Assembly: GCA_043228905.1 (NCBI GenBank)
Contig: JBHGNT010000021.1
Coordinates: 9,052,001 to 9,116,000 of the forward strand
Reading direction: 5' to 3'
Length of the DNA: 64,000 bases
DNA from: Azolla caroliniana
Taxonomy: Eukaryota > Plantae > Polypodiophyta
Under the pieces are notes generated by a model. It was not told the DNA's origin, searched no databases, and saw only the letters and a list, made by a program, of their open reading frames with translations. The position numbers and the translations under genes are program-made. This document shows positions 1 through 10,300 of the stretch, one piece after another. Each line of letters begins with the position of its first letter. Positions within the stretch are counted from its first letter, which is position 1.

Positions 1-1246
1 ATTCTTTCTTCGGGATGGATACTTATGGAAGCACCCGAAGAAGAGGAACGGCGTCCCGCTCCGGGTGGTGGCGATGAAGGAAGAACAGGAGGAGCTGCTG
101 ACGGCCTACCACGACAGCCCTTGGGCTAGACACTGTAGAACGTGGGCCACGTTCGAGAAGATAAAGGGGAAGTACTGGTGGCCGGGACTGTACCGGGACG
201 TGCATCGGTTCGTGACAACTTGCGAGAGCTGTCAAATGCACTCCATAGTCCGGCATCGGGACGAGCTTCACCCTACGTACCCTCCGACCATGCACTTCAA
301 ATGGATGGTAGATCTGGTGACGATGCCGATGGGCGTAGGACAGATGCGGTATCTGGTCCTGGCTCGGGAAGATCTGACGAACCAGGTGGAAGGCCAAGCC
401 CTTCAGAACAAAACGACCGCGGCCGTATGTCGGTTCCTGATCGAGGACGTGATATGCCGGTACGGGTGCGTCGGGAAGATCGTGGCTGATCGCGGGGAGT
501 TGGACGCTGAAGAGGTCGAGGAGTTGTTCGACCGGCTAGGAGTCAAGCTCTCACTTACCACTGCGTACAATCCGGAGGCGAATGGGAAGGTGGAGCGCGG
601 ACACAGACCGATCGTCAAGGCGTTAGTTCGGGCATGCGGGGGGCAAGTCGGGAACTGGCCGCGGCTGCTGCCTTACGCGTTGTGGGCTAACCGAACTACG
701 CACAGTTTGGTAACCGGATTCATGCCGGCAGAGCTCATGTTTGGGTAGAAGCCGATCATGCCGATGGAACGTACGATCCCCTCGTGGGCAATCGTGGACT
801 GGAGAGACGAGATGAGCCGGGAGGAACTGTTGGCGGCGCGTATACGACAGCTCGAGCGAAGACCGGAGGATGTGGAGCAGGCTGCGGGAAAGCTTCGGGT
901 GGCAAGGACGAGGAACAAAGCCCGGTTCGACCGGACGCGCCGGCTCCGACCAAAGAAGATCGAGGAAGGCGACTGGGTGCTAGTCTATGACAGCAGCCTC
1001 GACAACCAGCACCGAGCAACACGGAAGTTCGCAAGAAGGTGGTTCGGGCCTTACGTGGTACAAAGCGCCAACGACAACGGGACGTACCATCTGGCGGAAC
1101 TCGACGGCACGAGAATGGCGATACCGGTAGCTGGGAAGCGGATCAAAGCGTTCAAGAAGCGTCATGACGACGAGCCGGATCCGGTTAACCTGGATCGGAA
1201 CGACGAACGATCCGAAACCGAGGAAGAACCGACGGGCGAGGAATGA
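1..1246 (+). pseudogene. pol: Gypsy pol C-terminus (integrase) with one in-frame TAG at 746-748
   Basis: Two same-frame ORFs joined across a TAG; element F has Gln at this position (RQKPIMP), so CAG>TAG is likely. Confidence 0.9.
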
Positions 1247-1319
1247 AGGCTGGACCGGTTTTCTCCGTCCCAACTCAACTTGGCACATGCCGGTGGATGC
1301 ACGGTTAGGTGGGGGCGGA

Positions 1320-1965
1320 TGTCGTGAAGAAAACCGTCCACGAGCGGAATCGGTGCGCCGGAGCATAGGAACCGGCTCTTCATGCACGTACGCCTTATGT
1401 TGTCATAAGAGAGAATTAGGGACATGGAAGATCCTAGGTAGGTAGATTCGGTAGGTAGGAAGTTAATAGGAAACGACTCCCTTCTTGCCTATAAAAGGAG
1501 GGAGACGAGGAAGAGGAAGGGATCGTGGAATCAGAGAGGACGAAGTGTTGTTGGGCTGTTGGTCGAAGGCTTCTCTCTCTTCCATACTCTCCGTAGCTTC
1601 TTTCTGCGCAGGTTTCGTGAGGCTCGCGCTGCTCTGAGGAATGCCCGAGTGCTTCCGGCAGCACCTCCAACCTACTCCTTCCTTTCTGAGCGTTTGCGAA
1701 CAGGCATCAGCATCTGTTCGCCGGCCTGTTCGGTTGTAACCGACTTCGTGCTTTTGTTGTTTGTCTCTGTTAATATATACTTACATACCGTTGTGCCTCT
1801 CTGTGTTGGTTTCCCCGCTCGCGTCTTCGTGTCGAAGGGCCGTGTCCCTGTGGATCTACGCTCGCACGTAGTGGGTCCCTTCCCTTCTCTTTTCCCTATT
1901 GCTCTTCGGTACAAGACCCCTGAGGTCCCGCCTCATTCCACGCATCCGCGAGGAGTACCTCGACA
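1320..1965 (+). repeat. Family A LTR (646 bp)
   Basis: TG...CA ends and CCTATAAAAGG TATA box. Near-identical copies at 31906-32552, 39774-40420 and 56088-56734; a diverged copy at 16953-17588. Confidence 0.97.
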
Positions 1966-2623
1966 CCGTACTCATGTTCCAAACATGCATGGGAAAACCC
2001 GGTAAACTCTGATTTCGGTGGACAAGACCATATTGGATAATCGGTGTCAAAAATGGCACTTTCGAGCTTAGCACTCTCACCAGGTAAGTTTTTATGACAA
2101 AAGGTCAATGGTTTCTGTCTCAAGCCGTACTAGGAACCCACACCGTCGAACCCTTTCCGAAATGCCGCAAAATTAGTGGATGAGAACGTCGGCCCACTCC
2201 CTACCAAATCAAATTTCGGGGGTGGACCCATAACTCATTAATGTGACCCCATTGTGTAGTCTTGTACCATTAATGTATCATAGTAATAGCCATTACCGTT
2301 AGGTGTAGAATGAAAAAAAAGGGCATTCAGAACTATTTAAAGATCTTGCATGTAGGCACATATCCAAAGAAAGCAAGTACTGCTCAGTCACACGCATGGA
2401 CATCATGGATGGAAGAATCTTGAACGCCAACATCCCACCCTCACAAAAAGGGGATTCAAGTTATTTCTCTACACATACCAGAAAATCTCATCACTCTCTA
2501 AACTATCCTCACTCTCCGCCCTCCCATAGACTCTCCGAGCCTCGTTGCCTTCCATTACCCTGCTCGCCTCACTCTTCCCAGCACATAGTCAACCTTTTTA
2601 AACCGCTAGACGCTGACATCGCC

Positions 2624-3633
2624 ATGTTGATTGAAATTTCCCCTACTCTTCGACGGTGGCTCCATGATCATGGCCTCGCAGGTTACACCCGAGTGGCGGA
2701 AGCACTGCCCCACCCCAGCTCCTCCGAAATGGCGACCAAGATCAACATCGATACGATCACCAATGCCATTATTAGGAAGAAGCTCGGCTTGACCTCGACA
2801 AGGGAATGCCACTTCAAGATCCCTCCTAGAAAGCTTCTCAAAGAGTACTTTGGCGAATATTCCCTCTCGGCCAAAGCTTATAGGACACGGGACACCCCTG
2901 ACCCGTTCTTCCAAAAAATCGCGAAGTTCGTATTAGAGGCCGGGTGTGTACACCCTAATGCGTGTGGGATGCCAAACTAGATGGACGGATCATCATTTCA
3001 ACTTTCAAAGGGCACGTCATTGACTCAGGTGTGATCACTAGGTCGTCCCTACGCAAAGGACCCCACACCTTCTAGGCAGGTAAAAAGCTTTGCCCGATAA
3101 TCCAACAGTATTTCACAATATTGTTCCCCCTAGAAGCTCTCCCAGCTCTAGGGTCAGCTCGTCCTTCGCCAACTCTGTGTCAGCAGAAGCGGAGGCTTGA
3201 GGACCTCACCACGATAAAATGGGACGAGGAAGACAAAACTCGGGCACCAGAGTCTATTGTCCCACAAAACAAGTAGTGGTCCGTTCCCATCACAGAATAG
3301 GAGACCGATGAGCAATCAAGTAGACCCAAGCCCAAATGCCCTCCGCTAGATCGAAAAGACGGTCGAGGTTTGGTAAAGGACACGGCTCCACAACCTACCC
3401 TCGCAGTAACGGTCGAGGAGGAGTCCACGCAGGTGTTCAAGGAAATTCTACGGTCCCAATCGACCCTGAAGGGACATATAGAGAGAGGCAAAGGCATCCT
3501 CACACTCGATAATGTTGTTATGGCCTACCCGGAGATGCCAACTGTGGCCCACGAATTCGGCACCTCCTTTGAAATCATGGAGTTCTTAGCGACGCAACAA
3601 ATCAAAGTCTCGCAATACATGGCAGATGATTGA
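2624..3633 (+). pseudogene. Accessory (post-pol) ORF of element C, N-terminal globular domain
   Basis: WLHDHGLAG...PH...IT..IRKKLGL...YFGEYSLSAKAYRT..PDPFF.KIA aligns with the B accessory ORF. Several stops follow 2980. Confidence 0.8.
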
Positions 3634-3921
3634 GTGAGATCAGGCCGGCGTAGCGAAGAGAGAAGACAATCGGGTGAAAGCATGTGAATGGAAACAATAT
3701 TAGAGCTAAGATGTAACTAAAATGACCACAAACTAAGTAGTTTTTGTTAAATAGCTAATTTTTAGTGGGAAAATCTTAAAGATACATATCATTTAATATG
3801 GGGATGGAAATATTACCATTTATGGTTCACATTTTAGCTGGTCTTTATTTGACATCACATTCTAATAATCCCTAAAATTGCAAAACTATGCAAATTACAT
3901 GCAGCTTTTTGCATAGCTAAT

Positions 3922-4340
3922 TGTTATTCTCTGACCGGACAAGGCCTAACACAAGGTGTCACGGAGACACTTCACCAAAGGGTGATTACGGCATAGGATT
4001 AAGATTCAACGATTACACCGACTTACGTAGGTTACATGATTAGAGTGCTTTGGTTAATTACACGCGTAAGATATAACAGTAAGTACAGAACGGAAATCAA
4101 CACAGAAGTATAAACACCATATGCTCTATTAATTATCCGCTGCGATTACAATGGGGTCCGGGCCTTTAAATAGGTTTCCGGCCCGTAGTACAAAACGGTG
4201 CCTATCGCACCTATTCGGGATCCGTCCGGATCTGGAACGGCATACCATTTCCAATCCGTCCATCCATACTAGGCTTATTTACAACCATACTTAATTAATT
4301 CCTTCACTCCGTATTTCGGACTCTTTGCCGGCCGGTAACA
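3922..4340 (-). repeat. 3' LTR of element B
   Basis: TGTTA...TAACA ends; direct repeat of 13312-13730; TATA-like CCTATTTAAAGG on the minus strand. Confidence 0.97.
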
Positions 4341-4342
4341 CA

Positions 4343-4380
4343 TGGCACGCCCGTGGGACAGTACCTTGTACGTCGAACCC
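4343..4380 (-). other. tRNA-Arg 3'-end-like sequence at the PPT position of element B
   Basis: Minus strand reads GGGTTCGA-13 nt-GTCCCACGGGCGTGCCA-TG-LTR. The plant tRNA-Arg(UCU) 3' end, from memory, is GGGTTCGAGTCCCACYGGGCGTGCCA. Confidence 0.75.
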
Positions 4381-4392
4381 TTCTCGGCCCCT

Positions 4393-7016
4393 TCATTGTT
4401 CATCCAAATTGTCCAAAATACTTTGTTCCAGAGTTTCCACTTGTTCTTCCGGTTGTGGTTGTTGCGGCTGTGCTTGCTGCTGCTGCTGTGGTTGCGGTTG
4501 GGACTGAGGCTGCTCCGGCTGCTCTATAGGCGGCTGCTCCGTTTGTTTCTCTGACTCTGGCATCCCCGTTTGACTGCTTCCGGTCCGGTCTCCTTCCAGT
4601 AACGGTTCCTCATCACTAAGGTTGACCGTAACCGGTTCTCGTGCTTTCTCTTCCCGGATCCGGGACCTCTCGTAGCTTTCAAACTGGATTTGCGCCTCCA
4701 GCCTGTCGTCGTCCAGCTGAGCTACAAGTTGCCGGACTTGCCCTAGTTGGTCCTCTGCCAAGGCTTGAAAGTCTTCGGCCAGCTCATCTCTTATGCCGGT
4801 GAAGTCTCCGGAAGTCAGCATATAGCAATCATCTCCCTCCTTCCGCCGGTTCTCTACGTCGGCCCGGAGCAATTGGAGTTCCGCCGCGTTCATGGCCCAC
4901 TTGGTCCACCATTTGACGGAACCGTTGTCAATCAAGCTCTTGGTCTGGTTCAACCAGGCCCGCATGATATCCTGGATGCGACTTGCTCCCATTTGCGCTC
5001 TACTTTCCACAACTTGTCGTTCCTCCTTCAACTGCTTGATGAGATTAGCCGTATCCTCCGCCTGCTCTCTGTAGCGCGTCAGCTGCCCTTGATATGTTGT
5101 TTGCAGCCTCTGCAGTACCTCCGCCGCTCTTTCTTTTTCCGCCTGCTGTTGCCTGAGGAGCTCTGTCCGAACCTTCTCCGCCTCTCCCAACCGTCTTCTG
5201 GTTTCCGCTTGTTCATTAGCGTATGCCGTTGCGGTCCGATCAACTGCTTGCCGGAGCTCATCCGTCCGTTCCTTGTGCTCCGTTTGCAACCGTTTATACT
5301 CCCGGTGCAAGTGCTCAAATTCCTCCGTTTTTTGTTTGAGCTTGCCGTTGATCTGGCGATGGTTCCGGTCCTCCCGGTCCTTTAGCTGCCGGAGTTCCTC
5401 TTTCAGGCGCTCTACTTCTGTTTCGGCGTTTCTCCGGAGCCTGTCCTTCTCTTGCAGCATTTTCTCCTTTTCCTCCTTGAGCCGGTCGTACGCTTGGTGG
5501 CCTTTTCGTAAGCTCTCCTCGGCCCAACGTAGATTCTCAGCAGTCTTTTTGAGTTCTGCCTCCGTTGCCGTCTTCAATTCTCTTTCGCGGCTCCTCAGCG
5601 CTTCTTGGGTAGCTAGCTCATCCTTTAAGTCCGCAAGCTCTTGGGCTTGTGCCGCATTTCTCTCCGGAACGGTTTCCGTTGCCGGGGTCTGATTGCTATG
5701 TACAGGTTGATCTGACGTTTTATTCTGTACATTGCCCGGAGTCACCGGTGCTTGGACTTGTGTTGTCAAAGCCAATTGAGCCATTTCCCTTGTGACCCTG
5801 TCCAAGTCTTGTTCAAGGCTCCGGATTCTGGACCGGGCCGTCTCTAGATCTACGGTTGTGACGAGCAACCGTTCGTGGTGCGCTCTCTCCTCCTCCTCTA
5901 TGTACTCGACCGCTCCGGCGATCTGCTCGCCTACCCACCGTAGCCACATGCTACTGGTGCCTTGCTGCTGTACTCGTCGGGTCGGCTCGTTCACTGTGGA
6001 ATTGTTTGGCCTGAGTGCCTGTATCTGCCGTTCTGGTTCTACTCCTTGGCCGCCGTGTGTGCTGGCTGGGCTCGCCGGCTGTTGAGTTCCGGTTCTCGCC
6101 GTCTCCGGAGCCGTTGGAATGACTTCTTGCATAGAAGTCGACAAGGCCGGTTCTATACGCACCGGTTCCGGTTCCTCCCTTGTGGTTTGCTTAGGTTGAG
6201 TTGGGGGCGTTTCTTCCTTTTGCGGGTCCGAACGCTCCCCCGCTGTCCCGGCGGTCCTACTTCTTGACCGTCGTTGGAGGTGCTCTACTGGCTCCTCCGT
6301 TTCCTCTTCCTGGGTAACGGCATGCATCTGTGCCGTCAAGGGTTCTGGTTCCTTCTGTCCCGGTCACTGTATGGTTATCTTAACGGGTCGGACCGGTGAC
6401 ACCTCCTCCGGTTCTGGGAGCCGTTTCTTCCCTTTCGTCGCCTTCGACGCCAGCAGCTGCTGTCGTTTGGACGCGGGTTTCGAGGTGCTTCCTTCCGATA
6501 ATCTTGGCCGCTTCTTTGGCTGGAAGGTCTCGACCGGCGGCACGAGCAATGTTATCCACTGAGCTACGGCATGCCACAGCTTCCGGCCCTCCTTGCCGTC
6601 CTTTCCTCGTACCGTGTCGATTGCCGCGCACAAACTGTCTGCAATCAACCTGCCCGATTTTTTGGCATGACAGGGGGTCGGGGGTACACGTGGCCGTACT
6701 CATGGAGCACTCGAGCTATCTCCCTGAATAGCGGATCTTCGCCGCCCTGTGTTCGATAGCCTTTGCCGGCTACAGAGTACTCACCGAAATATCGGATGAG
6801 TTGCTCCGAGGTTGGGTTATCAATCTGAAAAATACCTCCCTCCGGAAGGCCTGTTAGCGCACGGATCGCTTCCTCGGTGATGACTTCTTTGTCGAGCTCC
6901 TTGATGACCTGGTCGGCTTCTTTGTGCGGTGGTGCCTCCATGATGGTCAAGAACCCATCCAGTCCGTGTTGCCTGAGCCATTTCCTGGCCGCTTCCGACA
7001 GCGTTTGTGGTTCCAT
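4393..7016 (-). pseudogene. Accessory ORF of element B (~870 aa reconstructed): globular N-domain, low-complexity linker, long coiled coil, Q/P/E-rich tail
   Basis: ORFs 6645-7316 (likely start ATG 7016), 6364-6648 and 4393-6339 join through one frameshift near 6650 and one TGA at 6364-6366. E/K/R/Q-rich heptad-like helix. Confidence 0.8.
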
Positions 7017-7345
7017 GTCTGCTTCGAGGTCGAGGAAAGATGGCGAGGTAGAGTGGTGATGAGAGTGAGAGCGAGAGAGAGAGCGTTCCGAACGTGGGGG
7101 TTCTCTAAGTGCAGGTTCGCGTTTGCTAAGCTTCCACTGCCTTGGTGCTTCTGTGCTTCTTCGCTCGCGAAAAAAAAAGGTCTCCATGCGTTCTTCTTTT
7201 TCTCTGTGCGTCTTGGCGCCTTTTTCGAGCATGCGCACGTCATGTACCAATTTAGTATTAAGCAATGTGGCGGCTCTTAAATGCCCACTACGTACCTTTT
7301 CGCTCCTTGCTTTCACGTCCGTTCATACCTCGATTTTTAATGATT

Positions 7346-7347
<2 letters not shown>

Positions 7348-7382
<35 letters not shown>
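7348..7382. repeat. T35 homopolymer (A35 on the element strand) between pol and the accessory ORF of B
   Basis: Directly visible. Confidence 0.95.
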
Positions 7383-7385
<3 letters not shown>

Positions 7386-7399
7386 GACGGTATGTGATC

Positions 7400-10300
7400 T
7401 TACACATCCATAGGTCCCTTCGGACCCTTACCGTTTTCCTTACGGGTTGCCGTGTCTTCCTTCGCCTCTGCTACGGGTTCCCCGTCGTCTTTTTCTTCCA
7501 TCCGTACCGTTCCTGGTATAGTGCCGGTGGGCTGCATAAACGGGTTCTTTGGCATCGGTCCTTTATAGGGCTTTAGTCTAAATCCGTTGACCCACTTGCC
7601 TAGCACTTCACCGGCAAGTGTCCCTAACTGATAGGACCCGTTGTATTCCCGTGTCAGCCAATACGGGCCTGTCCATCTAAACCGGAGTTTACCCGGCATC
7701 TTGCCCATCCTCGTTTGGAATACTAGCACCGGCTTTCCGATTTCGAACATCTTTTCATTACCTTTCCGGTGACGGTCAACGAACGCTTTCCGTCGTCGTT
7801 GCTCCAGTTCCATGTGTAGGATGCTGGCCAGCCGTTGCTCCTCCAGTTCGCATAGTGCTGCTAGCCGCATTTCTTCCGACTCCTTTTCATTCAGCCGTTC
7901 CCGTAGTTGGATCCGTAAGCTTGGTACCTGAAATTCCACCGGCATGACCGCCTCTAAGCCGAACGCTAACCGGAACGGCGTTGTCCGGATACTTGTTTTG
8001 TATGTCGTTCGGTACGCCCATAGCGCGCTATGGAGCTTTGTATCCCAGTCCGTCCGGTTTTCATTGACGATTTTGCGGAGAATGTTCTGGAGCGTTTTGT
8101 TGGTTGACTCTGCTAACCCGTTCGCTTGTGGGTAGTACGGTGTGCTCCGTTTATGGACCACGGCATAGAACGTTGTTAAGCTTTCAACTACCTGGCCGAG
8201 GAAGTGCCCTCCTTGGTCGCTGATTAATTCAATCGGACATCCATATCGGCACCAAATGTTCTCGTACAGGAATTTTGTTGTGGATGACGCGGTATTGTCT
8301 CTCAAGGCCTTAGCCTCCACCCATTTAGTGCAATAATCTGTTGCCACGATGACATAACGATTACCCGTTCTCATTGCCGGTGGCTTGAACGGTCCGACAA
8401 AATCCAACCCCCACTTCTGGAATGGCTCTAGTGGAAGTACCGGTTGGTGTGGCATCCGTGCTTGCTCCGTAGGCTGGCCCATTCGTTGGCATAGGTCACA
8501 TTCCTTAGCATACTTGACGGCGTCTTTTAACGTCGTGGGCCACCATAAGCCGCTCTGCCATACTTTCCTTGCCGTCGCTTCCCCGGCATAGTGTCCTCCG
8601 GCAACCCCACAGTGTGCTTCCCGTAAGATTACTTGTTTCTCGTCACTACGGACTGCCCGTCTCCATATTCCATCTGCTCCTTTGTGGTAGAGAGTGTCCC
8701 GTAACAGACAGAAATTGCGGCTCTGCACTGCCAGTCGTTTCCTCTCGTCCCGGTTCATTTCCTCCGGTGGCAGACCCGTGCTTAGGAACTGGTGCATGTT
8801 TGTCAGCCACCTGTCTTCTGATGCCACCGTGTCGTCCGCTGCCGTTTCCGGGGTGATACGGAATAACTCTGCGTCCGGGAATTCATCCGATACTCCGTCG
8901 CCTGATTCTCCGAACTCTAACCGGCTTAGGTAGTCTGCTACGACATGCTGGATACCGGGCCGGTGGAAGATCTCGAATTCGAACTCCTGCAACATCAAGG
9001 TCCAACGGGCCAACTTACCGGTCAGGGACGCCTTGGACACTAAGTACAGGAGCGCCGAGTGATCCACATGAAAGGAGAACTTCCTTCCCAATAGGTAATG
9101 AGGAAACTTTGTTACACTGTAGATCATGCCCAGAGCCTCCCGTTCCGTCGTCGAATAGTTCTTCTCCGCTTGGGACAGCTTCCGGCTGGCGTAATATACC
9201 GGCCGGTACCATTTAGGCTCCGTAAGTTGCATTAAGGCGCTGCCGATAGCGATGTCGGAAGCGTCAACGAACACATGAAATTCCTTGCTCCAATCCGGAG
9301 GCTGCACGACGGGTGCTTGCGACAAAAGTACCTTCAGGGCATTGTATGCCCTATCCTCCGTATCCGTCCATTGGAACGGTGTCCGATGTACCGCGGTGTG
9401 TAATGGTGTAGCCAAGTCAGCCAAGTGACGGAGCATCCGGTTGTGCCACCGGATCTGTCCTAAGAATCGGCTTAGTGCTTTGGCCGTTTTCGGCGCCGGT
9501 GCCCCTAGTATCGCGTTTACTTTGTCCGGGTTGACCGCAATGCCTTCCTTACTTACAATGTGTCCCAGTAATATTCTACTTGAAACCCCAAAGATGCATT
9601 TTGCTGGGTTTAAGCTTAGCCGGTATAACCTACACTTTTCAAGGCATAACCGTAGGTGCTGCAAATGGTCTTTTTCCCGGCTATAGACTGCAAAGTCATC
9701 CAGGAAAACCTGCATGAAGGCTGGAATGTATTCGCCGAAGATCTCCATGATGATTCGCTGGAAAGTTGCTGTTGCCGTTTTTAGGCCGAACATCATTACT
9801 TCGGCCACAAACACCCCCCATTCAGTGACGAACGCTGTCTTCTCCTGGTCGTCAGGGTGCATCCGGATTTGATTGTATCCGCTGAACCCGTCTAAAAAAC
9901 TATAAACTTCATGGCCGGCGACGGCATCCAGTACTCCATCCGTGAACGGAAGAGGGAATGCATCCGTAATTGTGGCTGCATTTAGTTTCCTGTAATCTAC
10001 ACACACGCGGATTTTACCGTTCTTCTTTGGGACGACGACGATGGGGCTCAGCCACGTCGCTTTCTTTACCGGCCGGATGAAGCCCACTCTTAGGAGTTTG
10101 TCGATTTCCTCCTTCACTTTGGCGGCGTAGTTGGGGTTCATTCGGTAACGTCTTTGCGCCACTGGTTTCGCGTCCTTGCCTAAGTGGATCTGATGCTGAT
10201 ATAATTGAGGGTCCAGCCCTCGCATGTCTTCGTATGACCAGGCGAATACGTCGCGAAACTCCGTGAGAAGTTTGATCATCGCCGCTTTATCTTCCGGCTT

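Larger units (their letters stand above)
1..1965 (+). mobile_element. Ty3/gypsy element A1 (Phygy-like), 3' part: integrase, PPT and 3' LTR; 5' part lies outside the window
   Basis: Integrase ORFs 65-748 and 758-1246 (H-x6-H...CxxC zinc finger, WMVDLV, ADRGE, YNPEANGKVER, WFGPY). PPT AGGTGGGGGCGGA at 1307-1319. LTR TGTCG...CGACA at 1320-1965, followed by CCGT. Confidence 0.95.

Noticed and set aside
4747-6267. Long plus-strand ORFs opposite the B accessory gene, and similar antisense ORFs over other pol genes and LTRs
   Set aside because: Shadow ORFs of GC-rich coding or repeated sequence with no recognisable motifs.
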